From NCBI GenBank assembly GCA_964501035.1, contig CAZCRK010000008.1, positions 1 through 39,813 on the forward strand: a stretch of DNA of 39,813 nt, written 5' to 3'. Below are positions 10,498 through 20,897 of this stretch, piece by piece. Every line of letters starts with the position of its first letter. Within the stretch, counting starts at the first letter, position 1. The notes beneath the pieces were generated by a model. That model made no database searches, was not told the DNA's origin, and saw only the letters and a program-made list of their open reading frames with translations. A program made the translations under genes and the position numbers.

Positions 10498-11227
10498 CAA
10501 GGAATCTGCTGTAAAGAAGTATTTTACCTACCATCATGTGTCAAATCATTTGATGGTAGGTTTAAATAATGTTTCTATTGCTAGATTCAAAAATCATCTT
10601 GATTCCTTTCTAAAACACTCATTTTCAGAACGCATCTTTATAACATTTGATGATGGGTATGAGGACATTTATTTAAATGCATTTCCCATACTTCAGAATT
10701 ACAAAATTCAAGTGATTGTTTTTCCAATTACAAATTATTTGGCTAAATATTCAAGCTGGGATGTGAATTTTAAACAAAATAAAACACAACATTTAAATCC
10801 TAACCAAATCACTAAATTAGCAAACTCAGGGTGGGAAATAGGCTCACATGGCCATTTTCATATTAGTAATTCAAAATATAGTATAAAAGAACTAGAATAT
10901 GATATTCAATGCTCTATGGAAATTCTTGAAAATATATCAAATAAGAAAGTGAAGTCTTACACACCTCCGTTTGGAATTTTGCATCCAAACTTAATACAAG
11001 TTTTAGAAAAGCTCGGTTTTGAGAATCTTTTTTTGCATCAAAATTCTAAAAAATCTATAAAGAATTTTAACTCAAATATTAACATCTATCTTAGATCAAG
11101 TATGTATAGCATTGATAATAACCGTTCTATTATTAGAAAATTACATAATTCTAAATATGAAACTATAAAAGAGAATATAATTCACTTTTGTTCTAAAGGT
11201 ACAATAGGAGCAAAAGAATTTCTTTGA
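10484..11227 (+). CDS. Polysaccharide deacetylase family (CE4/NodB-like) protein
   Basis: TYHHV, ITFDDGY, WEIGSHGHFH, YTPPFG motifs; start uncertain. Confidence 0.85.
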   Translation: MQFLNKESAVKKYFTYHHVSNHLMVGLNNVSIARFKNHLDSFLKHSFSERIFITFDDGYEDIYLNAFPILQNYKIQVIVFPITNYLAKYSSWDVNFKQNKTQHLNPNQITKLANSGWEIGSHGHFHISNSKYSIKELEYDIQCSMEILENISNKKVKSYTPPFGILHPNLIQVLEKLGFENLFLHQNSKKSIKNFNSNINIYLRSSMYSIDNNRSIIRKLHNSKYETIKENIIHFCSKGTIGAKEFL

Positions 11228-11290
11228 AATTATGTCTTTACATAGTTAAGTTAAAGTTATACTTTATATGTTATTTAGAGGATTTTAAAC

Positions 11291-11671
11291 ATGAGAGCTA
11301 AGGAAATAAAAAAATTATATTATTCAATTGGAGAAGTAAGTGAGATTACTAATTTAAAACAATACGTTCTTAGGTATTGGGAAACAGAATTTCCTTCACT
11401 AAAGCCAGCTAAAAATAAAGCAGGGAATAGAACATATAGAAAATCCGATATACAACTAATAAATCAAATTAAAACTTTGTTGTATGAAAAAAAGTTCACT
11501 ATTAAAGGTGCGAAACAATATTTCAAAGATATGGAAGATGTAAATACCAAGGCTGATAAATCCGTACAAAAAATTGTAAAATTATCATCCAATCTTGATG
11601 TAAATCTTCTTAAAGATCTTAAAAAAAGTTTAACTGAATTATTAAATGTCATTGATGAATTCAAGGATTAA
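11291..11671 (+). CDS. MerR-family (MlrA-like) transcriptional regulator
   Basis: YYSIGEVSEIT..KQYVLRYWETEF..LKP.K...GNRTY; FTIKGAK. Confidence 0.92.
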   Translation: MRAKEIKKLYYSIGEVSEITNLKQYVLRYWETEFPSLKPAKNKAGNRTYRKSDIQLINQIKTLLYEKKFTIKGAKQYFKDMEDVNTKADKSVQKIVKLSSNLDVNLLKDLKKSLTELLNVIDEFKD

Positions 11672-11678
11672 CATGAAT

Positions 11679-11752
<74 letters not shown>

Positions 11753-11759
11753 CAAGACT

Positions 11760-11784
11760 AAACCTCGTTTAATCGAGGTTTTTT
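11760..11784 (+). terminator. Rho-independent terminator after tRNA-Pro
   Basis: AAACCTCG-TTTAAT-CGAGGTTT followed by further Ts. Confidence 0.75.
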
Positions 11785-11794
11785 AAACTCCAAA

Positions 11795-12451
11795 ATGAAA
11801 CCTATTTTAATTATCCCTGCCTATAATGAAGAAGATACTATTTACGAACTAACACGTACATTAGAGAAGTGCACATCTATTCCAATATTAGTTGTGGATG
11901 ATGGTTCTGATCCTCCTGTTAAGCAAAATAAGTTACCAGATAATACTCAACTTCTTGTTAATGAAAAGAACATGGGGAAGGGTTATTCATTAAAAATTGC
12001 TTTTACTCATGCAAAAAATCGTTTAGATGTATCCCATGCTATTGTTATTGATGCAGATTTCCAACATGATCCAAAGTATATAACAAATTTTTTAGAAACT
12101 GATAGTAAGTGTGATTTTGTTTTGGGCGTTCGCAATTTTAACAAAACAATGCCAATTCATAGAAAATTATCAAATACAATTACAAGTAAACTTATTTCCA
12201 TGTTAACAAAAAAGAAAATCAAAGACTCTCAATGTGGGTACAGAAGGTACAATGTCGATAAGTTTGTTGAAACAGAATATGTTGAAAATGGTTTTCAATT
12301 TGAATCTGAAATATTAATCAATGGTTTACGTAAAAATTGGACATTTACCGAAATACCAGTATCAACCATATATAATAATAAAAATAGTAAAATTAGAAAT
12401 ATTTCTGATACATTTAAGTTTATTATGTTAATAGCAAGGAAATTATGGTAA
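11795..12451 (+). CDS. Glycosyltransferase family 2 (DPM1-like polyprenol-phosphate glycosyltransferase)
   Basis: IIPAYNEE, VVDDGS, N.GKG, DADFQHDP, DSQCGYR. Confidence 0.9.
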   Translation: MKPILIIPAYNEEDTIYELTRTLEKCTSIPILVVDDGSDPPVKQNKLPDNTQLLVNEKNMGKGYSLKIAFTHAKNRLDVSHAIVIDADFQHDPKYITNFLETDSKCDFVLGVRNFNKTMPIHRKLSNTITSKLISMLTKKKIKDSQCGYRRYNVDKFVETEYVENGFQFESEILINGLRKNWTFTEIPVSTIYNNKNSKIRNISDTFKFIMLIARKLW

Positions 12452-12942
12452 GCGAATTTTTAACTCAAATTTTAACTAATATAACTCTTGATCCCGAGTT
12501 AAAAGTTTTTATTTTGGCAATGTTTCCTGTAACTGAATTGCGATTATCTATCCCAATTGGAATTACTATATGGAATTTATCTTGGAAGAAAGCATTTATA
12601 TATTCACTCTTGGGAAACCTGTTAGTATCCTTACCAATATTGCGCATGATTAAACCTGCTTCAGAATTTCTTCAGAGATGGAGTATATGGAGAAGTTTTT
12701 TTAATTGGTTATTTAAACGAACACGCAAACGTGGACATTATATTGATAATATAAAATTTTGGGGCTTAGTATTTTTCGTAGCAATACCTTTACCGGGAAC
12801 AGGTGCTTGGACAGGATGTGTTGCAGCTTTTATTTTTGGTATTTATTACAAAAAAGCAATAATAGCAATATTCACAGGCTTGTTGTTAAGTGCTAGTATT
12901 GTTACTATGCTTACAATGCTTGGAGTTTCCTTATTAAAATAA
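12445..12942 (+). CDS. COG2426 / small multi-drug export family membrane protein
   Basis: P.TELRLSIP.G and FVAIPLPGTGAWTG signatures; several TM helices. Confidence 0.85.
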   Translation: MVSEFLTQILTNITLDPELKVFILAMFPVTELRLSIPIGITIWNLSWKKAFIYSLLGNLLVSLPILRMIKPASEFLQRWSIWRSFFNWLFKRTRKRGHYIDNIKFWGLVFFVAIPLPGTGAWTGCVAAFIFGIYYKKAIIAIFTGLLLSASIVTMLTMLGVSLLK

Positions 12943-13034
12943 ATTTAGGATACAGCTTTTAAAATAGTTATTGAATGTAATAATTTCTTCTACAATCTAT
13001 AGCTAAAATACTAATATGAAAAAGATAAGTTTAT

Positions 13035-15443
13035 ATGACAAAAGAATATAATTTTCAACAAATTGAATCTAAATGGCAGAAAAAATGGAACAAAGAAAAA
13101 GTCCATGAAACAGATTTAGAAAACATAAAAGACAAACACTATTGTTTAACAATGTTTAGCTATCCTTCAGGTGATAAGCTACATATTGGTCACTGGTATA
13201 ACTACGGTCCAGTAGATACATATGCTAGATTTTTAAAAATGCAGGGGAAGAATGTCTTTCAACCACAAGGATTTGATGCTTTTGGATTACCTGCAGAAAA
13301 TTATGCTATTAAAAAAGGCGTGCATCCAGCTATTAGCACACAGCAAAACATTAAAAAGATGAAAACGCAGTTAAGTCGAATTGGAGCAATGTATGATTGG
13401 AGTAATGAAATCAATACAAGCTCTCAAGAATACTATAAATGGACTCAGTGGTTATTTCTTCAACTTTATAAAAACAAATTAGCATATCAAAATAATGCAC
13501 CTGTAAACTGGTGTCCAAGTTGCTCAACAGTGTTAGCTAATGAGCAAGTAAAGGATGGACATTGCGATAGATGTGCAACCGAAGTAACTAAAAAAGATTT
13601 AACACAATGGTTTTTTAAAATTACAAAGTATGCAAACGAGTTATTAGAAAATTTAGATTCTTTAAATTGGCCAAAAAAAACCATACATATGCAAAAAAAT
13701 TGGATAGGTAAAAGCAAAGGTGCCAATATAAATTTTAAAGTTTCTGGACATGATAAACTAATATCTGTGTTTACCACTCGTCCTGATACAATTTTTGGTG
13801 CCACATATTTAGTTTTAGCTCCTGAACATAATTTAGTTCATCAAATTACTTCAGAAGATCAAAAGTCAAAAGTTTTAGATTATATTGAAGTCACAAAGAA
13901 AAGATCTGAAATTGAACGAACTTCAACAAACAGAAGTAAAACTGGTGTTTTTACTGGAGCTTATGCTATCAATCCATTTAGTAAAAAAGAGATTCCAATT
14001 TGGATTGGCGATTATGTATTATCTACATATGGAAGTGGGGCAATTATGGCAGTTCCATCTGGAGATGAACGAGATTTTGAATTTGCAACTAAATTTAAGT
14101 TACCAATCATTGAAGTTGTATCTGTTGACGGGGAAGAGTACGGAAACAATCAATGCTATTCAGAATATGGTGTTGCTCTAAATTCTGGTCAATTTAATGG
14201 TAAAAAATCTGAAGATGTAATTAAACAGATCTGTACAGAATTGGAAAAACAGAACATAGGTGAAGCTTTTGAACAATTCAGATTGCATGATTGGCTCATT
14301 AGCAGACAAAGATATTGGGGAGCACCAATTCCAATAATTTACTGTGATACATGTGGAACCGTACCGGTACCAGAAGAGCATTTACCTGTTACATTGCCAG
14401 AGAAAGTAGCATTTTCAGATACATATGGCGAGGATATTTCGCCCTTAGCTACTGTATCAGAGTTTGTTAATACTGCATGTCCAAAATGCAATCAACCTGC
14501 AAAGCGAGACACGGACACAATGGATACGTTTGTCTGTTCATCGTGGTATTATTTGCGCTATCCAAATGCAAAGATTGAAACTGGACCATTTGATGCAAGT
14601 AAATTAGATTGGCTTCCAGTTGATACATATGTAGGTGGCTCAGAACATGCAACAATGCATTTATTGTATGCACGCTTTATCACAAAAGCATTGCGTGATT
14701 TAGGCTACTTAAATTTTGATGAACCTTTTACAAAATTATTTCATCAAGGTACCATTACAAAAGATGGTGCAAAAATGTCAAAATCTAAGAGCAATACTGT
14801 ATCACCTGATAAATTTGTAGAAATGTATGGCTCAGATACGTTTAGGGCATATTTAATGTTTATGGGACCTTTTGATGAGGGGGGTGACTGGAATGATAAG
14901 GGTATAACTGGTATTTATCGATTTCTTAATAAAGCTTGGAAATTTGGTGTTACTTCTAATAATTCAGATAATCCTAATGCAAAAGATCTCCAAGTTTTAC
15001 ATAAAACAATCCATGCTGTTTCTAAAGATTTATCACAAATGAAATTTAATACTGCAATTAGTAGGTTAATGGAATTTTTAAATTACTTTAACAAGCGCAC
15101 AACAGTGCAAAAAGAATTGCAGATTGAATTCATTAAATTATTGGCACCAATTGCACCTCATTTGTCAGAAGAATTATGGGAATATAATGAAGGAAGGGGA
15201 TCAGTATTTTTAGAATCATTCCCAGTCTTTGATGAATCTCTTGCTGAAGAAGATACTGTTACCATAGCCGTGCAAGTGAATGGGAAGTTACGTGGTAATA
15301 TTGAAGTCGTGAAAAATATAACCAAAGATCAACTGCTTATAAAAGCTCGTACTCAAGAAAATGTATGCATCCACTTAAAAAATAAAGATATTGTGAATGA
15401 AATAGTCGTACCACAAAGACTAGTTAATTTTGTAGTAAAATGA
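13035..15443 (+). CDS. leuS: Leucine--tRNA ligase
   Basis: MFSYPSG..LHIGH, FTTRPDT editing domain, DWLISRQRYWGAPIP, KMSKS, VQVNGKLR. Confidence 0.98.
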   Translation: MTKEYNFQQIESKWQKKWNKEKVHETDLENIKDKHYCLTMFSYPSGDKLHIGHWYNYGPVDTYARFLKMQGKNVFQPQGFDAFGLPAENYAIKKGVHPAISTQQNIKKMKTQLSRIGAMYDWSNEINTSSQEYYKWTQWLFLQLYKNKLAYQNNAPVNWCPSCSTVLANEQVKDGHCDRCATEVTKKDLTQWFFKITKYANELLENLDSLNWPKKTIHMQKNWIGKSKGANINFKVSGHDKLISVFTTRPDTIFGATYLVLAPEHNLVHQITSEDQKSKVLDYIEVTKKRSEIERTSTNRSKTGVFTGAYAINPFSKKEIPIWIGDYVLSTYGSGAIMAVPSGDERDFEFATKFKLPIIEVVSVDGEEYGNNQCYSEYGVALNSGQFNGKKSEDVIKQICTELEKQNIGEAFEQFRLHDWLISRQRYWGAPIPIIYCDTCGTVPVPEEHLPVTLPEKVAFSDTYGEDISPLATVSEFVNTACPKCNQPAKRDTDTMDTFVCSSWYYLRYPNAKIETGPFDASKLDWLPVDTYVGGSEHATMHLLYARFITKALRDLGYLNFDEPFTKLFHQGTITKDGAKMSKSKSNTVSPDKFVEMYGSDTFRAYLMFMGPFDEGGDWNDKGITGIYRFLNKAWKFGVTSNNSDNPNAKDLQVLHKTIHAVSKDLSQMKFNTAISRLMEFLNYFNKRTTVQKELQIEFIKLLAPIAPHLSEELWEYNEGRGSVFLESFPVFDESLAEEDTVTIAVQVNGKLRGNIEVVKNITKDQLLIKARTQENVCIHLKNKDIVNEIVVPQRLVNFVVK

Positions 15444-16480
15444 AAAAAATAATATCTATAGTCATTATAATTGTTTTCTTAATTTTAGGTTATTCTTTTT
15501 CAATGATACCATCTTATGAAACTATAGATGCTTCTAAAGCATTGGAAAAGGCACAATCCGAACTAAAAAGAAATCAAGAAATTGTAACTTTTGCTAGTAA
15601 GAACCCATTCAATTTTTATGACGTCTTTAATAGAATAGACAATATCGCTGATCAACAAGTTTATGGAATTCTTACAAAGCCTGATACTGCAGGTATTTTC
15701 CCCGTTATAATTGGTGTCGCAGGTAGTGCAGGTTGGGGAGAGCATCACTATGGGTACTTAGAAAGGTATCTTGAAATGGGCTTTGCTGTATTTTCTTTGC
15801 ATAGTTTTAAGAGTCGAAATGTCAAGTCAACCGTCGGAGAACAACTATCTGTTACTCTGCCGATGATGATTTTAGATGCGTTTAGTGCACTTAAAAAACT
15901 TTCTGATGATGATAATATAGATGTAACTCGTGCAGGCTTAACTGGCTGGAGCCTTGGGGGCGGTGTTTCATTGTTTTCAGCATGGTCGCCTCTCCAAGAA
16001 ACAATATCACCAGGTTTAAAATTTGCTGCTCATCTTTCATTTTATCCGCCTTGTATTATTATGCCTGAAGAAATTAGATTTAATGATGTACCAATACATA
16101 TTCTTGCCGGCCAGCTTGACGATTGGGTTCCCGCAGCAGCCTGCGAAGAACTTGTAGATGTAGCAAGTAATTCAGGGTACGATATTGGCATAACAGTTTA
16201 TCCAGGTGCTTCACACTCTTTTGATAGAACAATGGATGTGATTTTGGACAAGAATGCTTATAATTTTACAGATTGTCGAATGAAACTTGATAGTAATGGT
16301 ATAGTTAGATTATCAAATAGTTTCCCGCTTTCTACACCTATTTTACAGAAGATTGGCTTAAGTTTTTGTGCAGAAAAAGGTGCACACTGGGGTGGGAATA
16401 AAGAGGCAAGAGAACTGTCTGCCCAGTTTTCTAAAGAATTCATGAAAACACATCTCTTGGTTTACAAGGCAGCAAATTAA
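15440..16480 (+). CDS. Exported dienelactone-hydrolase-like alpha/beta hydrolase
   Basis: N-terminal hydrophobic signal/anchor; GWSLGG nucleophile elbow; candidate triad residues in DDWVP and HSFD. Confidence 0.8.
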   Translation: MKKIISIVIIIVFLILGYSFSMIPSYETIDASKALEKAQSELKRNQEIVTFASKNPFNFYDVFNRIDNIADQQVYGILTKPDTAGIFPVIIGVAGSAGWGEHHYGYLERYLEMGFAVFSLHSFKSRNVKSTVGEQLSVTLPMMILDAFSALKKLSDDDNIDVTRAGLTGWSLGGGVSLFSAWSPLQETISPGLKFAAHLSFYPPCIIMPEEIRFNDVPIHILAGQLDDWVPAAACEELVDVASNSGYDIGITVYPGASHSFDRTMDVILDKNAYNFTDCRMKLDSNGIVRLSNSFPLSTPILQKIGLSFCAEKGAHWGGNKEARELSAQFSKEFMKTHLLVYKAAN

Positions 16481-16523
16481 TAATTGATATATTTACAACT
16501 ATACATAATATATATTATCACCA

Positions 16524-16829
16524 TTACTGTACATAGTTGAACCATTTACTATATTCCTGACTCATTATGGTTAAATCTATTGATACTATCTCAGGAATTT
16601 CATAGTTATGGATTTTCTTTAACTCAATAACTAATTTCTCTAAATTTTCATTTTTAGTTTTTATAATCAACTTATATTCATTTGCATTTTCAATATTATC
16701 ATTCCAAATATAATAAGTTTCTATATTAGAAACAATTTGAATACATGCAGCTAGTTTCATTTTTAAAAGATGTAGACTCATCTCTTTTGCAATTTTACGG
16801 TCATTCGTTGTTGTAAATATTATTTTCAT
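16524..16829 (-). CDS. cutA: Divalent-cation tolerance protein CutA
   Basis: LAACIQI, YIW, E..LIIKT, IHNYEIPEI. Confidence 0.92.
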   Translation of the reverse strand: MKIIFTTTNDRKIAKEMSLHLLKMKLAACIQIVSNIETYYIWNDNIENANEYKLIIKTKNENLEKLVIELKKIHNYEIPEIVSIDLTIMSQEYSKWFNYVQ

Positions 16830-16880
16830 ATTTAAATTCCTTTAGATTACAATAATAGTTTAAATTTACTCGTGCTTTTT

Positions 16881-17060
16881 GAAGTATCTGTGGTAGCTTG
16901 GCATTTCAGAACTTTCAACTTATAAAATGGGAGTTTAATTTTTATTTTCAAAAACAGGCCTTTTTGGTTGCACCAAATGAAGGAAGTTTGCGATTCTAAA
17001 AGAGATTCCCACTGTTCATATTACCAAAGGTAATCTGAAATCCTCTGCTACAGATACTTT
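16881..17060 (+). ncRNA. ssrS: Probable 6S RNA
   Basis: ~180-nt rod folded by hand: closing stem AAGTATCTGTGGTAG/CTGCTACAGATACTT, ATTTCAGA/TCTGAAAT, large central bubble, TGGGAGTTT/AGATTCCCA, apical TTTGGT-TGC-ACCAAA; G-U pairs work only on the + strand. Confidence 0.8.
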
Positions 17061-18336
17061 AACTTTTAAGCTCCTGTTTTAAAACATCAATATAATTCTT
17101 AGGTGCACTTATTCTTAACTTTACACCATCATATTCATCATGTCTTTGTAGCACTTTGGTTTCATCATAAATCTTTTTGATTAAGGACCCTTTGTTATGT
17201 GGTATCAATAAGGTTGTTTCTGAAAAAAGATTTTCAACTATTTCTGTAATTTTAGTGAATAAATCTTCAAGTTTTAATTTTCGTTCTGCTGAAAGGAAAA
17301 TTGAATTTTTAAAATTCTTTTTAAGACCAAGAATGTCCTTTGAATCCTTTACTAAATCTATTTTGTTTAGCACCAACAATTCTGTTTTATTTTCAATATT
17401 TAACATTTTTAAGACTTTATTAATAGTTTTAATGTGTTCTTTAGCAAAAGCTGAAGATGCATCAACTACTTTTATTAAAAGATCCGCATCATTTACTACG
17501 GATAGAGTTGACCTAAATGAAGCAATCAAATCATGTGGTAAATTTCTTATAAACCCCACTGTATCGCTGATAATTACTTTTGCTCCTTTTATATTGTCTA
17601 ATTTTCTAGTTGTAGTATCTAAAGTAGCAAAAAGCTGATCTTGTATATAGACTTCAGCTTCAGTCATTGCTTTCATTAAAGTAGATTTACCCGCATTTGT
17701 ATATCCTATTAAAGCAATTTTGAATGCATTGTTTCTGCTTAAGTTTTGAGTGACTTGTTGGGCTTGAATTTTTGTTAAATCATTTTTCAATTTAGTTATT
17801 TGATTACGAATAAGCCTTCTATCAATCTCAATTTGGGTTTCACCTGGACCACCTCTTGTACCTATCCCCCCCATTTGCCGTTCTAAATGTGTCCATTGCC
17901 TTGTTAAGCGAGGTAACAAATATTGTAATTGAGCTAGTTTAACTTGAGTTTTAGCTTCTTTTGTTTTTGCATGTTTATTGAAAATATCTAATATCAAACC
18001 AGTTCTATCGAGAATTTTAATCTTTTCACCAGCTGATTTCTGTAAATTCTTTAATTGTGTTGGACCTAGTTCGTTATTGAAAATGATTAATTTACAGTTT
18101 AATTCTTCAGCTTGATTTAACAAAGTAGTGACTTTACCTTTTCCAATGAATGTTGCTGGATCAATTTTAGATCGTTTTTGAATAACTTTTTGAATAATTT
18201 GTGCACCAGCTGTTTCAGCTAAAAATGCAAGTTCAGAAATCTGCTCATTTAACTCAATTTCAGAACATGAATTATCAAACACTGCAACAAGAATTGCATC
18301 TTCTAAATTAGGGCTATGATCTTTTACGGTGTACAT
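17059..18336 (-). CDS. hflX: GTPase HflX
   Basis: IGKGK, LILDIF, RGGPGETQIEIDRR, GYTNAGKSTL, LFATLDTT, DTVGF, NKID. Confidence 0.97.
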   Translation of the reverse strand: MYTVKDHSPNLEDAILVAVFDNSCSEIELNEQISELAFLAETAGAQIIQKVIQKRSKIDPATFIGKGKVTTLLNQAEELNCKLIIFNNELGPTQLKNLQKSAGEKIKILDRTGLILDIFNKHAKTKEAKTQVKLAQLQYLLPRLTRQWTHLERQMGGIGTRGGPGETQIEIDRRLIRNQITKLKNDLTKIQAQQVTQNLSRNNAFKIALIGYTNAGKSTLMKAMTEAEVYIQDQLFATLDTTTRKLDNIKGAKVIISDTVGFIRNLPHDLIASFRSTLSVVNDADLLIKVVDASSAFAKEHIKTINKVLKMLNIENKTELLVLNKIDLVKDSKDILGLKKNFKNSIFLSAERKLKLEDLFTKITEIVENLFSETTLLIPHNKGSLIKKIYDETKVLQRHDEYDGVKLRISAPKNYIDVLKQELKS

Positions 18337-20305
18337 TTGAAATCAACATTTCAAGTATCACAAGAGAAATCACTAGATAAAGAATAGTTCGCCATAATTC
18401 TTTTCCAATTCTAGCAGACTGTATTGTAGGTTCTATCTCATCTGCATTTGCAAGTATGACAATTTCACTTGATAGATTTTGCTTTAGTTTAGTTATGTCA
18501 AAATAAGCTAACTCATCATCAGGAATGTTTACAGCTATATTATCAACCTCAATATTTTTATCATTTCGAATAGTATAATATCCAGGGAAACTAGCATTAT
18601 CAATCATTAAAGATGCTGAATTTCTTGGATACTTTGTAATGGAGCCATACGGATCTTGAACATTGAAAAACAGATTTTGACCCTTATCATTTAATTTAAT
18701 GTCAATTAGCTCATTTAATCTAAAATCTTGTGAACTAGTTTGCTTGTTTGAATTTTCATGTAGTAAGAAATGAAGAAGTGGAATAAAAGAACCCTTGATT
18801 GGTAAATTACTCCAACTTAAACTGGGTGCACAGGTAAAATAAAAAATACTTCCAAATGGATTCTGTATTTTTCCCAATAATGTGGAAGAATCGTTTAAAG
18901 TCAATAAATCTAAACTTGAGTTTAGGTCAGTTTTAAAATATTTAAAAAATTTAACATTTCGCTTATCTGAATTCATATTAGAAGTAAATATGGTTCTTAA
19001 TTGATCTGATTGAATTGATTCAAAGTTCAAATTTTGATAGCCATTGCTTAAAGCTACTAATGATCTATCTGTGTCTAATTTAAATGGTGCAAAAGAAGTA
19101 TCTACTACTGACGGAAAATAAATAGCAGTTCCTAAATTATTTATATACGACGTAATTTTATTATTTTGAGAAATATCATTTCCAATTACAAATAATAAAT
19201 CTGTACTATTGGCATTCAGCGTTGATAAAGTTGTCTCATTATAAATTTTATAATTATAAATGTTTGACTTCGTATTCAACGCATCCAAAGCATTGGTTAA
19301 ATATGTTAAATCTGTATCAAAGTTAGAAATCAAAGCAATATTCATTCTTGCATTCGAATTTAACATAAAATAGAAATTATTATCTGAATTTCTGTCATCA
19401 TTTTGGAGTTCAATAGAAGCAAAGTGATTATTATTGTTTGGAATAGCTGTTGTAAACGAAAATGTAGAAGTTTCACCAGATTTTAAATTTATACTCTGTT
19501 GACCTACACTGACATCATTCACAATTAACTGAACAAAACTATTTACAACATCTGAAATACCATTATTATTAACTGTAGCTGATAAAGTAATGGGCGTATC
19601 AGGTAAAATTATTTTGTTTTTAATAGTTACATTAGAAATGGATAGGTTATTTGATAGCGGATTTAAAAGATAAAGATAATAATTCCAATCGTTTGAAATA
19701 TCATCTAACTTACTTTTTATTATCTGATTTAGTCCTTCGCTATCTGTTAAAACAAATACTTCTAAATTAGCATATTTTTTACTTTTTATATCAATAATCT
19801 TGGATATGTTTTCTATTTTTGATGATTTAAACGTAGGGTTAAAATTTAAATTTATTTTACTTAATTGACTTACAAGCCCATGATAAACCTCACCTTCGCA
19901 AGATGTAATAATTTGGGTTGTCGAATTTTCTGATAAACTAGCAATAATTCCATCCAACGCCTTTTGTATATCATGGTTATTATCTTCTCTTTGGGTAGAA
20001 TAAGAATTATCTATGATAATTGCTGTAAATGTAGATTCTGAATTATCAATCCAATTGGCCATTTTACCTTCAATAAAAGGTCGTGTAGACATCAAAATAA
20101 TACAAAGAATAATAAGCGTTCGTATAATTAATAATATAATGTGTAAAATATTTAATTTTTTAATGGACTCTTTTTTAATTTTTTTTAAAAACTGTATAGA
20201 ACTAAAATCTATTGTATTTAACTGTCTTCGATTGAAAAGATGTATTAATAATGGAATGGAAATTAATGGAATTAACCATAAAAATACTGAAGTTAAAAAA
20301 CTCAT
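18314..20305 (-). CDS. BatA-domain membrane protein with vWA-like and CARDB-like domains
   Basis: N-terminal PLLIHL..RR....FSSIQFL double-TM motif, IIIDNSYS (MIDAS-like), Ig/CARDB-like segment (LSATVNNNG...DDRNSDNNFY), C-terminal ELWR..L..LEM TM. Confidence 0.8.
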   Translation of the reverse strand: MSFLTSVFLWLIPLISIPLLIHLFNRRQLNTIDFSSIQFLKKIKKESIKKLNILHIILLIIRTLIILCIILMSTRPFIEGKMANWIDNSESTFTAIIIDNSYSTQREDNNHDIQKALDGIIASLSENSTTQIITSCEGEVYHGLVSQLSKINLNFNPTFKSSKIENISKIIDIKSKKYANLEVFVLTDSEGLNQIIKSKLDDISNDWNYYLYLLNPLSNNLSISNVTIKNKIILPDTPITLSATVNNNGISDVVNSFVQLIVNDVSVGQQSINLKSGETSTFSFTTAIPNNNNHFASIELQNDDRNSDNNFYFMLNSNARMNIALISNFDTDLTYLTNALDALNTKSNIYNYKIYNETTLSTLNANSTDLLFVIGNDISQNNKITSYINNLGTAIYFPSVVDTSFAPFKLDTDRSLVALSNGYQNLNFESIQSDQLRTIFTSNMNSDKRNVKFFKYFKTDLNSSLDLLTLNDSSTLLGKIQNPFGSIFYFTCAPSLSWSNLPIKGSFIPLLHFLLHENSNKQTSSQDFRLNELIDIKLNDKGQNLFFNVQDPYGSITKYPRNSASLMIDNASFPGYYTIRNDKNIEVDNIAVNIPDDELAYFDITKLKQNLSSEIVILANADEIEPTIQSARIGKELWRTILYLVISLVILEMLISNVHRKRS

Positions 20306-20306
20306 T

Positions 20307-20897
20307 CTAAATTCCTAGACTAATCACAAAAGCTGTTATTAAAGGGATAAGTAAATTATCATTAAACTTGGGAACTGCAAACAACTCCACAATTGTACCG
20401 ATTAATGCTGCAATAATTCCTACAAACAATGGAATTTCTGGCATGAGAATAATTACCATTATACTAGTTATAAAAAATGCGAAAGATCCTTCTAGGGTTT
20501 TATCCTTCCATATTTTTGTTTTACCAAAACCAATTCCAAATATTGCTGCTGATGTATCAGAAAAACTCATAAAAAACATACCAGTTGCAGCTGCAGTTTT
20601 ATCAAACAATAATGTTGTCAATAAAACTCCAAATAGCAAATATGTTGCCCCTGTTATTTGTTCTCTTTCAACAGGTCTCATTACTCCTTTGAAAACATAT
20701 TCAAAAAAATAATTCACACTTTTTGAACGATATCTCATAATATCTACAAAAAACAAGATAACAGTACACAAAACAAAAGCTGGAATTAAAATTTCTTTTG
20801 GAAAAAGCAATATAGAAAAACCAAAAACAGATGACGTTAAATGTATGTATTTTCTATAAATTTCTTGTTTAAATGAGAGCTCTAAAAAATTAGACAT
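20307..20897 (-). CDS. Dolichol/phytol kinase-like (SEC59/VTE5, CTP_transf_1) membrane protein
   Basis: RKYIH, D.SAAIFG..FGK, KTLEGS, NDNLLIP motifs; multi-TM. Confidence 0.85.
   Translation of the reverse strand: MSNFLELSFKQEIYRKYIHLTSSVFGFSILLFPKEILIPAFVLCTVILFFVDIMRYRSKSVNYFFEYVFKGVMRPVEREQITGATYLLFGVLLTTLLFDKTAAATGMFFMSFSDTSAAIFGIGFGKTKIWKDKTLEGSFAFFITSIMVIILMPEIPLFVGIIAALIGTIVELFAVPKFNDNLLIPLITAFVISLGI

Noticed and set aside
11225..11245. Second possible UGA read-through at the end of the deacetylase
   Set aside because: In-frame TAG follows after five codons; no redox motif or hairpin
16881..17060. MITE or riboswitch controlling cutA
   Set aside because: Pairing depends on strand-specific G-U pairs on the strand opposite cutA and extends through the whole element; no target-site duplication or second copy seen
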